A stretch of 64,000 nucleotides of DNA from an uncultured Lachnospiraceae bacterium (lineage in GTDB: Bacteria > Bacillota > Clostridia > Oscillospirales > CAG-272): the NCBI GenBank assembly GCA_964631595.1, contig CAZVXL010000004.1, positions 12,435 to 76,434 of the forward strand, written 5' to 3'. Of this stretch, positions 17,419 to 27,727 are shown in pieces (positions within the stretch are counted from its first letter, which is position 1; each line of letters begins with the position of its first letter). Both the position numbers and the translations under genes were made by a program. Under the pieces are notes generated by a model. That model did no database searches, was not told the DNA's origin, and worked only from the letters and a program-made list of their open reading frames with translations.

Positions 17419-17808
17419 GTGAAACAGCTTGCAATTAAAGAAAACCATTTGTTTGCCAAGGCATATTCAAACGGAAAGAGATGCGTTGCAAAAACCATAG
17501 CGGTCTATGTCTTGAAGGATCGCGCGGCGGGAAGACTGCGCCGTGAGAATCCGGAAAAGAAGCTACAGAACCGCTTGGGGATCTCATCCTCAAAGAAGAT
17601 CGGAGGAGCGGTCGAGCGTAACCGCGCACGGCGAGTTGTCAGAGAGGCGTTCCGCCTCTGCGACAGGGAGCTTGCGATAAAACGCGGTTATCTGATCGTC
17701 ATATCATGCAGAGCCGCTGCGGCGGATGTGAAAATGCAGAGTGTGCGACGAGATCTTGAGTACTGTCTGAGGAAGCTTGATATGCTTGGCGGAGGAGAGG
17801 GAAAATGA
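17419..17808 (+). CDS. rnpA: Ribonuclease P protein component
   Basis: 129 aa with a GTG start, basic composition, the [13 protein letters not shown] motif, and a position after rpmH. Confidence 0.85.
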   Translation: MKQLAIKENHLFAKAYSNGKRCVAKTIAVYVLKDRAAGRLRRENPEKKLQNRLGISSSKKIGGAVERNRARRVVREAFRLCDRELAIKRGYLIVISCRAAAADVKMQSVRRDLEYCLRKLDMLGGGEGK

Positions 17809-18038
17809 TATCCCGTCTTCTCATCCGTTTGATACGTCTGTATCAAAAGTATCTGTCTCCCGCCAAGGGAGCACCGTCATGCAGGTTCACCCCGACCTGC
17901 TCGGAATATGCCGTCCAGGCATTGACCGAGTGGGGCTTTATCGTGGGGACAGCCCTCGCGGTGTGGCGAATACTGAGATGTAATCCCTTCTCAAAGGGAG
18001 GGCACGATCCGGTGCCGTCGCGCCGCAAAAATAACTGA
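17805..18038 (+). CDS. yidD: Membrane protein insertion efficiency factor YidD
   Basis: 77 aa with YQKYLSP...[11 protein letters not shown]...RILRCNPF. It overlaps the rnpA stop by 4 nt. Confidence 0.9.
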   Translation: MISRLLIRLIRLYQKYLSPAKGAPSCRFTPTCSEYAVQALTEWGFIVGTALAVWRILRCNPFSKGGHDPVPSRRKNN

Positions 18039-18055
18039 AAAGGAAAATAATCCAA

Positions 18056-19189
18056 GTGTTTAATGCTATTTATCAGTTTTTCGGTTCTATCATAAGATTT
18101 TTCTTCGATCTGACCGGAAATTATACCGTAGCACTTTTTGCCTTTACGCTTATCATGCAGCTGATCCTTTTGCCGCTCGGTATCAAGCAGCAGAAGAATC
18201 AGGTGAAGCAGGCAAAGCTTGCTCCCAAAATTGCAGCTATCCGTAAGAAGTATGCCGGCAGAACAGATCAGGCTACTCAGCAGAAGATGCAGCAGGAGAC
18301 GATGGATCTGTATCAGCGCGAGAACTTCAATCCCGCGGGCGGCTGTTTGCCGCTTCTTATACAGTTGCCTATTATCATGCTCCTGTATAACGTAGTGTCG
18401 AAGCCTCTCAGCTATATTTTGAAGTACAGCGCGGAGACTATCGCAAGCATTACCGAGATCATCGAAGCGACGGGTGTGACTATTGCAAAATCGTCGGTCG
18501 AGCTTGACATAGCTCACCGTATGTCGACGATGGGTGCGGATAAATTTGCCGGACTTGACCTCGGAGTATTCCCCGATTTCAAGCTTTTCGGCATGGATCT
18601 CACCCAAGCTCCGCTTGTCGGCGGCAAGGTTCCCGACTGGCGACTGCTTATAATACCGGCTGTTACCTTTGTGGCAATGTACGGAAGCCAGATAATAATT
18701 CGCCGCTTCAGCTATCAGTCCCCCGAGGTACAGGAGCAGCAAAAGAGCATGAGCATGAAGATCATGAACATCTCGATGCCGCTTATGTCCGTGTATTTCT
18801 CCGCAATATGGCCCGGAACTCTCGGCGTGTACTGGATACTCAGAAATATTCTTCAGACACTTCAGCAGATACTTCTCGCAAAGACCATTCCCGTTCCCAA
18901 GTTCTCCGAGGAGGATTACAAGGCGGCGGAGCGTGAGCTTGCGGGAAAAAGCGCAAAGAAGAAGAACGGCGAGAAAAAGACAAACGCAGAAAACGGTGGT
19001 AAGAAGGTGCGCTCTCTCCATTATATAGACGCGGATGACGATGAGACCGAGGTGCAGCAGCTCGCGGATAAAAAAGAGGAGCCGAAGCCTTCGGCAGAGG
19101 AAGCAAAGAACGGTGCGGCATCACAGCGCGAATCGGCTGTAGAGCCCGCTCCGCTAAAGGATGACGGCGATAAGCCGAAAAAGAACTGA
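18056..19189 (+). CDS. yidC: YidC/Oxa1-family membrane insertase (SpoIIIJ-like) with a long charged C-terminal tail
   Basis: 377 aa with a GTG start. Motifs are MQQETMDLYQRENFNPAGGCLPLLIQLPI and multiple TM segments. Synteny fits. Confidence 0.9.
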   Translation: MFNAIYQFFGSIIRFFFDLTGNYTVALFAFTLIMQLILLPLGIKQQKNQVKQAKLAPKIAAIRKKYAGRTDQATQQKMQQETMDLYQRENFNPAGGCLPLLIQLPIIMLLYNVVSKPLSYILKYSAETIASITEIIEATGVTIAKSSVELDIAHRMSTMGADKFAGLDLGVFPDFKLFGMDLTQAPLVGGKVPDWRLLIIPAVTFVAMYGSQIIIRRFSYQSPEVQEQQKSMSMKIMNISMPLMSVYFSAIWPGTLGVYWILRNILQTLQQILLAKTIPVPKFSEEDYKAAERELAGKSAKKKNGEKKTNAENGGKKVRSLHYIDADDDETEVQQLADKKEEPKPSAEEAKNGAASQRESAVEPAPLKDDGDKPKKN

Positions 19190-19225
19190 GATTGAAAGGA
19201 CTGCGATTTTTCGTAAGCTTGGAAT

Positions 19226-20401
19226 ATGAAAAAGGAAGTAATAATCACCGCGAAGACGGTCGAAGAAGCAATGTCCGAGGCGTATGCGAAGTATTCCGCC
19301 GAGGGCGAGGTGACCTGTGAAATTCTGGAAATGCCTAAAAAGGGATTTCTCGGCTTTGGCGGAGCTCCCGCAAAGATCAAGGCGATAATTGATGACGGCG
19401 AGGACGATGTCGATATCAGCTCTATCATAAATGATATGAGAGCGATGAAGATGGAGACCGATCGCGGAGGCGACGGAAGCGATTCTGTAAAGGCGCCTCG
19501 GAAGGAGGCAGCTCCGAAGGAGGCAGCTCCAAAGGAGCAGGCGAAGGCGAATAACGCGAAGGAAGGCGCTGCGCCGACACAGAAGAAGGCGGAGCCGAAG
19601 GCACCGAGGGCAGAGAAGACCGAAAAGACGGTAAAGGCGCCCAAGGCGTCAAATACCGAGCCGAAGCCCGTGCCGACTCCCAGACCGACACCTGCCGCCG
19701 AAATGAAGGCGGAGGCTCCTGCCGCTAAGAAAGAGCAGATAAAGGCAAACGCCGATAATGCGTCGAGAAAGGACAGGTACGAGCCTGTGTCCGAGGTCGA
19801 GATGCAGTATGCGGTCGAATTTGTGGAGACCGTTATCCGCGACCTTGAGATAAGCGCAACTGCCGTTCCTGTCAAGGATGACGAGGGCGCGTTTGTCGGG
19901 ATCAATATTGAGGGCGAGAACACCGGAGTGCTCATCGGGCATCACGGCGAGACTCTTGATGCGATCCAGTACCTTGCAAATCTGAGCGCAAGCAGACGCT
20001 CTCCCACACCCAACAGAGAATTCCTCAAGATCACCGTGGATATTGAGAATTACAGAGAGAAGCGCGAGGAGACTCTCCGCGGACTTGCGCGCAGAATGGC
20101 GGCAAAGGCAATCAAGTACAAGAGAAACTTCGTGCTTGAGCCGATGAATCCGTACGAGCGCCGCATAATCCACTCCGAGATACAGCAGATCGAGAACGTA
20201 AATACTCACTCGGTCGGCTCCGACGATAACCGTAAGGTCGTCGTTACCTATGAGGGCGCGGATAAGGTGGATCGCCGTTCCCGTTCAAGAAGAAACAGGG
20301 ATAACTTCAACGCAGGTTCTACAGTTGCCGAATACGATCCGATGTCACCGCGTTCATACGGCTATACCGATACATCCGATTCGACTGCGGAGAAAGAATG
20401 A
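19226..20401 (+). CDS. jag: Jag/KhpB (EloR) RNA-binding protein: Jag_N, KH and R3H domains
   Basis: 391 aa. Jag N-domain, a long K/P/A-rich linker, a KH region (GVLIGHHGETLDAIQYL) and R3H (EPMNPYERRIIHSEI). Confidence 0.85.
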   Translation: MKKEVIITAKTVEEAMSEAYAKYSAEGEVTCEILEMPKKGFLGFGGAPAKIKAIIDDGEDDVDISSIINDMRAMKMETDRGGDGSDSVKAPRKEAAPKEAAPKEQAKANNAKEGAAPTQKKAEPKAPRAEKTEKTVKAPKASNTEPKPVPTPRPTPAAEMKAEAPAAKKEQIKANADNASRKDRYEPVSEVEMQYAVEFVETVIRDLEISATAVPVKDDEGAFVGINIEGENTGVLIGHHGETLDAIQYLANLSASRRSPTPNREFLKITVDIENYREKREETLRGLARRMAAKAIKYKRNFVLEPMNPYERRIIHSEIQQIENVNTHSVGSDDNRKVVVTYEGADKVDRRSRSRRNRDNFNAGSTVAEYDPMSPRSYGYTDTSDSTAEKE

Positions 20402-20405
20402 CGGC

Positions 20406-21284
20406 ATGAAAAAAGTAAGATCCACAATATTTCTTGTACTCACTGCAATGATATGGGGACTTGCTTTCGTGGCACAAAGAGTGGGCGCAGATTATCTGCG
20501 CCCCTTTACCTTTAACGGTATTCGCTTTACCATGGGAGTTTTGTCGCTGATCCCGGTGATACTGATCTTCGAGAGAGACGGCGCTGACAGCCGCAGAAGA
20601 TCGGCAACTGTCAAATACGGTATTCTTGCCGGATTAGTGCTGTTTGCGGCATCGAATCTTCAGCAGTACGGTGTAGAGCTGACGGGAAGCGCGGGTAAAT
20701 CCGGCTTTATTACGGGGCTGTACACGGTGCTCGTCCCCCTCATTTACTTCATATTCGGCAGAAAAACGGGCGTGCTCGTGTGGCTCGGTGCATTTGTGAC
20801 TGTCGGCGGACTTTATCTCCTCTGCGGAGTGGGCTCGTCGGAGCCGTTCGGCGCCGGTGATCTGGTGCTTATTATAGGCGCTGTCCTGTGGGCTTTGCAT
20901 ATCATAGTTCTTGACAGATACGCAAACGAAGTCAGCCCGCTGAAATTCTCCGCGATGCAGTTTACCGTGTGCGCCGTTTTGTCCCTTGCGGCGGCATTCC
21001 TTTTCGAGAGAGGCGATTTCTCGGTGGAGTATGTAAAACAGGCGATCGTACCCCTCCTTTACGGCGGAGTCGGCTCCGTCGGAGTGGCATACACCTGCCA
21101 GCTTCTCGGTCAGAAGGATGCCGAGCCCACCTTCGCGGCAATAATCCTGTCTACCGAGGCGGTATTCTCCGCTGTCGGTGCCGCGTTGATCTTGAAGGAA
21201 TACATGGGATTTGCCGGCTACGTAGGCTGTGCTATGATCTTTGCGGGTATCATACTCTCGCAAATACCGACAAGCAAGAAATAG
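20406..21284 (+). CDS. EamA/DMT-family transporter
   Basis: 292 aa with about 10 TM segments in two EamA halves. The ATG at 20406 lies just after the jag stop; the track start at 20250 overlaps jag. Confidence 0.8.
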   Translation: MKKVRSTIFLVLTAMIWGLAFVAQRVGADYLRPFTFNGIRFTMGVLSLIPVILIFERDGADSRRRSATVKYGILAGLVLFAASNLQQYGVELTGSAGKSGFITGLYTVLVPLIYFIFGRKTGVLVWLGAFVTVGGLYLLCGVGSSEPFGAGDLVLIIGAVLWALHIIVLDRYANEVSPLKFSAMQFTVCAVLSLAAAFLFERGDFSVEYVKQAIVPLLYGGVGSVGVAYTCQLLGQKDAEPTFAAIILSTEAVFSAVGAALILKEYMGFAGYVGCAMIFAGIILSQIPTSKK

Positions 21285-21309
21285 GCACGCGAAAAAGTGC
21301 GTCAAATAA

Positions 21310-21339
21310 GACAGTCCCCTTCTTCGGAAGGGGACTGTC
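21310..21339. terminator. Bidirectional hairpin terminator
   Basis: GACAGTCCCCTT-CTTCGG-AAGGGGACTGTC, a 12-bp stem between convergent genes. Confidence 0.65.
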
Positions 21340-21396
21340 GGACTTTATTAGACGTTTTCGTGCGCGCGGCATGGGCGAATTAGGCAAAAGCCGATA

Positions 21397-21726
21397 TTAC
21401 GGCTGCTTTGCCGTCAGCTCAATGATGAGCTTCATGTCGTCGGGCTGGCATTTCGCCTCATGCGCCGCCTTGTTGCGCCTGACGGCACCGCATTTTGTGC
21501 ATCGGTGAATGATGATAAATCCCTTTTTGCTGTCCGGCAGCGCGGAAACGGGCTCCATAAGACCACCGCAGTCGGAGGCTCTGTCACCGGGATTTATGTC
21601 GAGATGAACCGACCACAGGCAAAACGGGCAGTGATTTCGAGAGGTGTAGCCGAGCGGCTCGACCTCCCTGCCGCAGTGTCCGCAAATAAATGAGCTGTCG
21701 TTTTTTATAAATCTTTTGGTTTCCAT
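21397..21726 (-). CDS. RNHCP domain-containing zinc-ribbon protein
   Basis: 109 aa with a literal SRNHCPFCLWS motif plus CGHCG and CTKCG pairs. Confidence 0.8.
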   Translation of the reverse strand: METKRFIKNDSSFICGHCGREVEPLGYTSRNHCPFCLWSVHLDINPGDRASDCGGLMEPVSALPDSKKGFIIIHRCTKCGAVRRNKAAHEAKCQPDDMKLIIELTAKQP

Positions 21727-21826
21727 ATACCGTGTCGCCTTTCAGACTTTATCTACCCTATATTTTATATTTTTTGCCGCGATTTGTCAACAGGCACCGC
21801 CGTTATCCGTGCCGCGCAAATAGGTG

Positions 21827-21855
21827 TTGAAATTTTTGCCTGAATATGGTATTAT
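21827..21855 (+). promoter_or_regulatory. Sigma-A promoter of the carboxypeptidase gene
   Basis: TTGAAA, 17-nt spacer, TATTAT preceded by TGG. Confidence 0.55.
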
Positions 21856-21897
21856 ATAAAAGTATTAAAAATCCAGTGATAAAAACGGAAATAGGTA

Positions 21898-23247
21898 ATG
21901 AATAATTTTAATAACGACAAACAGCGCATCAGACAGCCTCAAGGCACACCGAAAAGCCCGCAGACGGGTGCAAACGGCGGCACTCGGAGAGCGGCACCGA
22001 CACAAGGAAGCAGATCTGCGAGAACGGCGGCGTCCTCATCACCGAGACGTGTCAGCCCGACAAGAAAGACCGGTCGCTTCGGAAAATTTGTTGCCGTTTG
22101 GGTGGCGGTGCTTGCCGTCCTTCTTCTGATCATTATAATCATTGCCGTGTCCGGCAGAGACGGCGCTCCGTCCGCAAATGACACCACGGATGCTATTGCC
22201 GCCGACGGAGACGGCAGAGAGACTGTTCCGGAGAAGACAGAGCCTCCCGAGACCTATGCGGTGGAATATGCAGTGAGGACAGATGCCACAGCAGCGTTTT
22301 CCTCCGACCGCACCTTTGCAAACGGTATCCTCATCGACCTTGAGAGCGGCACTGTCATTGCCGACCGCGGCGGAGATGAGCGCATATATCCCGCATCAAT
22401 GACCAAGATAATGACACTGATAGTGGCGGCAGAGCAGGCAGAAAGTCTTGACGAGACCTTTACCATGACTGCCGAGATCACCGATCCGCTGTATCTTGCA
22501 AATGCCTCCGTTGCGGGCTTCTCCGTGGGGGAGAAGGTGACGGTGCGTGACCTCATTTACGGTTTGATCCTGCCCTCCGGCGGTGACGGCGCACTCGGTC
22601 TGGCATATCACATAGCAGGCGGGGAGGAGGCGTTCGCGGAGCTGATGAACGCCAAGGCGAAGGAGCTCGGACTGAAGAATACGCACTTCACCAACTGCAC
22701 GGGACTGCATGATGACAGGCACTACAGCACCTGCCACGAGATCGGGCTCATGCTTGAGTATGCCATTCGCGATGAGTTCATGCGAGAGGTGCTTACCACT
22801 TACAGATATACTACCGAGAAAACAGCCGAGCATCCCGACGGTATCGAGCTCACGAGCACGCTTCTGTCCCGAATGAACGGCGATGAATCGGGTACGCTGT
22901 TTGTGCAGGGCGGAAAGACCGGATATACTACGGAGGCAAAGAACTGCCTTGCTTCATTTGCCACCGAGCTTGTGAAGAGTGCCGGCGAGGACAGCCTCAA
23001 GCGGCAGACCACACGCTACATTCTTGTTACGGCGGGCTCACCCGACAAGTGGGATCCCGTGTTCGATGCGATCGAAATATACAAGGGGCTCGGGGCTCAC
23101 TCCGCCGCCGCCGACAGCGCTGAGATCACGGTTGCCGTGCCGGATACGGAGAAAAATGCTCCGAAGGACACGGAAAAGGAGACATCTGCAACGTCAAAGC
23201 CCTCCGGTGAGAGCATAAAAATATACACCGCCGCCGCACCGAGCTGA
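21898..23247 (+). CDS. D-alanyl-D-alanine carboxypeptidase (peptidase S11 family), membrane-anchored
   Basis: 449 aa. N-terminal basic/TM anchor, active-site SxxK (PASMTKIMT), PSGGDGA and GKTGYT (KTG) motifs. Confidence 0.8.
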   Translation: MNNFNNDKQRIRQPQGTPKSPQTGANGGTRRAAPTQGSRSARTAASSSPRRVSPTRKTGRFGKFVAVWVAVLAVLLLIIIIIAVSGRDGAPSANDTTDAIAADGDGRETVPEKTEPPETYAVEYAVRTDATAAFSSDRTFANGILIDLESGTVIADRGGDERIYPASMTKIMTLIVAAEQAESLDETFTMTAEITDPLYLANASVAGFSVGEKVTVRDLIYGLILPSGGDGALGLAYHIAGGEEAFAELMNAKAKELGLKNTHFTNCTGLHDDRHYSTCHEIGLMLEYAIRDEFMREVLTTYRYTTEKTAEHPDGIELTSTLLSRMNGDESGTLFVQGGKTGYTTEAKNCLASFATELVKSAGEDSLKRQTTRYILVTAGSPDKWDPVFDAIEIYKGLGAHSAAADSAEITVAVPDTEKNAPKDTEKETSATSKPSGESIKIYTAAAPS

Positions 23248-23286
23248 TATGATTTGCGTGTTTTCTCATAAATCTTGCAAAAAGAC

Positions 23287-23315
23287 TTGCAAAATGTGCG
23301 GATATGAAGTATAAT
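23287..23315 (+). promoter_or_regulatory. Sigma-A promoter of efp
   Basis: TTGCAA, 17-nt spacer, TATAAT. Confidence 0.55.
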
Positions 23316-23377
23316 TAAGTGTAATTATGCGTATAAAAATTGAAAGGAGCTTCCTGTGAATAGCAGGAGTACAAATT

Positions 23378-23935
23378 ATGGTTATTGCAGGAGATTTTAA
23401 GAACGGCGTTACCTTTGATATGGATGGTAATGTAATGCAGGTTATCGAGTTTCAGCATGTAAAGCCCGGTAAGGGTGCGGCGTTCGTAAGAACAAAGCTT
23501 CGTAACGTTATTACCGGATCCGTGATCGAGACTACCTTTAACCCGACCGATAAGTTTCAGGATGCCCGTATCGACAGACGTGAGATGCAGTATCTCTACA
23601 ATGACGGTGAGCTTTATTACTTCATGGATATGGAGACCTTTGAGCAGCTTCCTCTCAACGAGGATAAGCTTTCCGATTCCTTCAAGTTCGTGAAGGAGGA
23701 GATGATGTGCCGTGTAAATTCCTACAAGGGCAATGTGTTCTCCGTAGAGCCTCCCATGTTCGTAGAGCTCAAGGTCGTTGATACCGAGCCCGGTATCCGC
23801 GGCGATACCGCAACCGGCGCAACCAAGAATGCAACTGTTGAGACCGGCGCAGTAGTACGTGTGCCTCTCTTTATCGAGGTAGACGAGACTATCAAGATAG
23901 ATACCCGTACCGGCGAATATCTTGAGAGAGCGTAA
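23378..23935 (+). CDS. efp: Elongation factor P
   Basis: 185 aa with [20 protein letters not shown] and the full three-domain length. Confidence 0.95.
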   Translation: MVIAGDFKNGVTFDMDGNVMQVIEFQHVKPGKGAAFVRTKLRNVITGSVIETTFNPTDKFQDARIDRREMQYLYNDGELYYFMDMETFEQLPLNEDKLSDSFKFVKEEMMCRVNSYKGNVFSVEPPMFVELKVVDTEPGIRGDTATGATKNATVETGAVVRVPLFIEVDETIKIDTRTGEYLERA

Positions 23936-23977
23936 TTCCGGACAGACTGCCGAATAAAGCTCGGCTTTGCCGAAGAA

Positions 23978-24415
23978 ATGGAGAAAACAGATATGGATAT
24001 CAGAGAAAAAAGCGCGTATTTGAAGGGACTTGCCGAGGGCATGAAGCTTGATGCGGAAAAGAACGAGACCAAGCTTCTGAATGCCATCATCGACCTTCTC
24101 GGAGACATCACCGAGGCTGTCGACGAGATGGACGACGATATGGAGACACTCAACGATTACATCGAGGAGATCGACGAGGATCTCGGATCTCTTGAGGAGT
24201 ACGTTCTTGAGGATCTTGATGATGAGGATTGCGATTGCTGCGATTGCGACGACGACGATGACGATGATTGTGATTGCTGCGATTGTTGCGGTGAGGATTT
24301 CCGTATGCTCATGTGCCCCCACTGCAATGAGGAGATCTACTTCGACGATTCGATCGAGCCCGACGAGCTTGTCTGCCCCTCTTGCGGCAAGCCTGTAGCC
24401 GAGGCTGCCGGTTGA
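23978..24415 (+). CDS. CD1247-N-domain-type acidic protein with an Asp/Cys tract and a C-terminal zinc ribbon
   Basis: 145 aa. An acidic helical N-terminal part, DCDCCDCDDDDDDDCDCCDCC, then CPHC...CPSC. The start may be the ATG at 23993, which has a GGAGA RBS. Confidence 0.65.
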   Translation: MEKTDMDIREKSAYLKGLAEGMKLDAEKNETKLLNAIIDLLGDITEAVDEMDDDMETLNDYIEEIDEDLGSLEEYVLEDLDDEDCDCCDCDDDDDDDCDCCDCCGEDFRMLMCPHCNEEIYFDDSIEPDELVCPSCGKPVAEAAG

Positions 24416-24430
24416 CAATGAAAAAAAGCA

Positions 24431-24464
24431 AGACCGTTCGCAGAGATCTGCGGACGGTCTTTGT
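24431..24464 (+). terminator. Intrinsic terminator
   Basis: AGACCGTTCGCAG-AGAT-CTGCGGACGGTCT followed by TTTGT. Confidence 0.6.
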
Positions 24465-24483
24465 GTAATGAAAGGCTTTTGAT

Positions 24484-25464
24484 ATGACAGATAAGCTGAA
24501 ATTCGGTATTATCGGTACAAATTTTATCAGTCACACGATGGCTGAGGCGATGGAGCTTTCCGACACTGCGGAGCTGTATTCGGTGTATTCGAGACGGCGC
24601 GAGACCGGCGAGGGCTTTGCCGAGAGGTACGGAATTCCGAAAGAGAGGGTGTATACGTCGCCGGAGGAGCTGGCGGGATCGGGGATCGACGCCGTGTATA
24701 TAGCCTCTCCCAACAAATTCCACTGTGAGCAAAGCCTCTTTTTTCTCCGCAGAGGTATTCACGTGCTTGTCGAAAAGCCTGCCGGTGCCGAGCTTGCCGA
24801 ATATAAGCTGATGCGGCGCACCGCCGAGGAAAACGGCGCGGTGCTCATGGAGGGAATGAGGCAGGCGCACGACCCCGCGTGGCAGATCATACGCGAGGCT
24901 CTGCCGAGGATCGGCAGGATACGGCACGCCTCGTTCGAGTTTTGCCAGTATTCGTCACGGTATGACCGCTATAAAGCCGGTGAGCACACCAACACCTTCG
25001 ATCCGTCCTTTGCCAACGCATCAATGCTTGATCTCGGTGTATATCCGCTTCATTGCCTTGTCATGCTGTTCGGTGAGCCGCGGGTCGTGTACGCAAATTC
25101 CGTATTCCTTGAAAACGGCTTTGAGGGCTCGGGGGAAATAACGCTGGCTTACGACGGCTTTACCGCATCCGCGCTCTATTCCAAGGTGTATGATTCTCCG
25201 AGACCGTCCGCTGTATTCGGAGAGGATGGCACGATTATCATAGATAAGCTATCGGTGCCCTCGTCGGCAACGCTGTGCCTTCGAAATGCGGAGCCCGAGG
25301 CTCTGCCCATAGTCGGAGCGGAGAACAACATGGTGTACGAGGTTCGCGATTTTGTCAGGCTCGTGCGCGACGGCAGGATCTTGCATCACTATGCCGATAT
25401 GACCGAAGCTGTCATACGGATAACCGATAGGGCGCGCTCTCTTGCCGGAGTACGCTTTGAATAA
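24484..25464 (+). CDS. Gfo/Idh/MocA-family oxidoreductase
   Basis: 326 aa with the N-terminal Rossmann motif KFGIIGTNFIS and the EKP motif (VLVEKPAG). Confidence 0.8.
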   Translation: MTDKLKFGIIGTNFISHTMAEAMELSDTAELYSVYSRRRETGEGFAERYGIPKERVYTSPEELAGSGIDAVYIASPNKFHCEQSLFFLRRGIHVLVEKPAGAELAEYKLMRRTAEENGAVLMEGMRQAHDPAWQIIREALPRIGRIRHASFEFCQYSSRYDRYKAGEHTNTFDPSFANASMLDLGVYPLHCLVMLFGEPRVVYANSVFLENGFEGSGEITLAYDGFTASALYSKVYDSPRPSAVFGEDGTIIIDKLSVPSSATLCLRNAEPEALPIVGAENNMVYEVRDFVRLVRDGRILHHYADMTEAVIRITDRARSLAGVRFE

Positions 25465-25479
25465 CACATCACAAAAAGA

Positions 25480-25509
25480 CTCCCGAGGCACCGCGCGGTG
25501 CTTCGGGAG
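25480..25509. terminator. Bidirectional hairpin terminator
   Basis: CTCCCGAGGCACC-GCGC-GGTGCTTCGGGAG between convergent genes. Confidence 0.65.
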
Positions 25510-25618
25510 CCTTTATGTATCGGCGGTCGCACGGATTTGCGACTGCCTTTGATTTTGCCGTGTTATGCCTTATGCCTGCGCGGCAGTGTCACTGCAAGCA
25601 AAGGTATGCGGCATCTTT

Positions 25619-26929
25619 TCAGAGCTGTGTGAGCTTTTCGACCTCGGACAGAGCCTCGTGCAGGGCTCTGATCGCCGCGAGATTACGAACAGTCTGCCGT
25701 GAGCGCCTCCGACCGAATTCCACCGTACAGGTGCGCGTTTTTATTCCGCTGTCAGTCAGCACGGCGACCCCGAAGCAAACGTGACCGCACGGGATATCGC
25801 CGTAATCGTCGGGGCCCGCTACCCCTGTTACGGATACCGCGATGTCGGCTCCGTACAGCGTGAGTGCGCCGCTTGCCATCTCGGCGGCACATTCCTCGGA
25901 GATGGGGCCGAAGCTTTCAAGCACCTCGTCCGACACCCCGAGTACGGCGGCCTTTGATGCGGTGGCATACGTGACTGCACTGCCCTTCAGTACGGCAGAT
26001 GCACCGGCAACATCGGCTACGAGCTTTGATACAAGACCCGCGGTACAGCTCTCCGCAAATGCCACCGTCTTGCCGTGCGCTTTGAGAGCCTCCGTGAGTG
26101 TGCGTGCAGCGGAGCAGCCTCCGTCGGGGACAGCCTTGTCTCTGACGGCGTAAATGTACCGTCCTGCCTCTGTATTGCGGATATCCTCAACTGTTTTGTC
26201 GCACAGCGCGGCGGCGTGTGCTGCGTCATCCGCGGCGGCGGTGACTCTGATACGAACCTCTCCTGTTTCGCAATACGGAGCGACGGTGGGATTCTCCGAA
26301 TCCATAAAGCCTCTGAGAAGCTCCTCGGCGGCGGATTCGCCTATTCCGTACATACATATGTTGCGGCTCACAAAGGTCTTGCCGGTGTGGTGCGACAGAT
26401 ACGGTATGATGTGCTCCTCGGTCATGCGTTCAAATTCCGAGGGAGGCCCCGGCATCAGTATTGCCAGCTTTTCGCGGCCGTCTCGCCCGAGCCCGTGAAC
26501 CGCAAGAGCGGGGGCGGTTCCGACGGAATTGATGAATACATCGGCGCCCTCGGGCACCATTGCCTGACGGGTATTGTTGGCTGTGACATTTCGGCGGTTG
26601 AGAGAGCTCATATACTGCCGAATGTGCCCCATCACATTATCATCGTATTTCAGCTCAAGGCGGAAATATTCCGCCACACACTCTCTCGTTATGTCATCGC
26701 AGGTTGGGCCGAGCCCGCCGGTGAGAAAAACGGTATCGCATCTTGAAAATGAGCCGTCGAGCTCTGCGAGAATACGTGTGCGGTTGTCTCCGACAACACT
26801 CTGTCGGTATACCGATATACCGAGCGCGGCAAGCTCACGGGAGAGATATGCCGCATCAGTGTTGACGATGTCCCCCAAGAGAAGCTCCGTACCAACGCTG
26901 ATTATTTCGGCGCGATCGATTTTGTTCAT
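25619..26929 (-). CDS. cinA: Competence/damage-inducible protein CinA (MoCF-like N-domain plus PncC nicotinamide-nucleotide amidase C-domain)
   Basis: 436 aa with AEIISVGTELLLGDIVNTDA, TGGLGPTCDDIT and the C-terminal AESCTAGL motif. Confidence 0.9.
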   Translation of the reverse strand: MNKIDRAEIISVGTELLLGDIVNTDAAYLSRELAALGISVYRQSVVGDNRTRILAELDGSFSRCDTVFLTGGLGPTCDDITRECVAEYFRLELKYDDNVMGHIRQYMSSLNRRNVTANNTRQAMVPEGADVFINSVGTAPALAVHGLGRDGREKLAILMPGPPSEFERMTEEHIIPYLSHHTGKTFVSRNICMYGIGESAAEELLRGFMDSENPTVAPYCETGEVRIRVTAAADDAAHAAALCDKTVEDIRNTEAGRYIYAVRDKAVPDGGCSAARTLTEALKAHGKTVAFAESCTAGLVSKLVADVAGASAVLKGSAVTYATASKAAVLGVSDEVLESFGPISEECAAEMASGALTLYGADIAVSVTGVAGPDDYGDIPCGHVCFGVAVLTDSGIKTRTCTVEFGRRRSRQTVRNLAAIRALHEALSEVEKLTQL

Positions 26930-27121
26930 AGTGCTCCTTCCTCCTCGGAGAGATTTCGGTGAAATTTTATTCGGGCGACAGGCTTCGCGGATTAAAGCGC
27001 TGTTTTCGGAATATAATAGTATCAGCGCCCGTAGTCCGAGGAAGTATTACAGATCCTTATCGAATGACCACGCCGGGTTCGTGCTCTTTTGTAATACTTC
27101 AAACGGACGGGGCGCTTTTTG

Positions 27122-27550
27122 TCAGCGAACGGTCATGTCAAAGCGCTCACTGCATTTCGGGCACCGAACGGTATGCGACCCCTTGGTTCTGGGCAGGCGC
27201 AGTACCGCCTTGCATTTGGGACAGTGCTTGTATACGTGGGTTTTGCGGTCGCGGAATCTGTCACGCATAAGAGTAAATGTACCCTTGTGCTTGCCGATGA
27301 ATTTGACGAACTGCCTGTTTTCGGCACTTCTTTTATAGGTGTTCCTTGAGAAAAAGCGAAAAACGGCAAGGACGAGAATCACGGTGCTCAGAAAATTCAG
27401 AATGTTTGCTATCAAGCCAAGATGCAGTACGGAAAGGACAGCTCTGACGACCCAAAGCACGAGGATCGCGCCGAGCGACCACCAATACAGGGTATCCGCA
27501 CCGTTTCTGCCGTACATGAAGGCTGCGAATTTTTGTCTGAAATTGCTCAT
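27122..27550 (-). CDS. Membrane protein with a C-terminal zinc ribbon
   Basis: 142 aa with two TM helices, then CPKC...CPKC. Confidence 0.6.
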   Translation of the reverse strand: MSNFRQKFAAFMYGRNGADTLYWWSLGAILVLWVVRAVLSVLHLGLIANILNFLSTVILVLAVFRFFSRNTYKRSAENRQFVKFIGKHKGTFTLMRDRFRDRKTHVYKHCPKCKAVLRLPRTKGSHTVRCPKCSERFDMTVR

Positions 27551-27727
27551 TTATTACACCTCATTTCTTATATATATTATATTACCCCGACGGTGTATCT
27601 TCAAGAATAAACGGTACTGTACTTAGTTAATTTATTATGAATTGAGAGGGGCGAGTGAATAGATGCGGCGCGCGCCTCATACAAATGATATAAGCCATAA
27701 TTGCCGCGAAGCGGTACGGAGGAGATC

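Noticed and set aside
17843-19021. 392-aa ORF antisense to yidC
   Set aside because: The opposite strand encodes an unmistakable YidC/Oxa1 insertase. The antisense product has no motif I recognise and looks like a typical GC-rich shadow ORF.
23315-24418. 367-aa ORF antisense to efp and the CD1247-type gene
   Set aside because: efp is certain on the plus strand, and the antisense ORF crosses an intergenic region. It is a shadow ORF.
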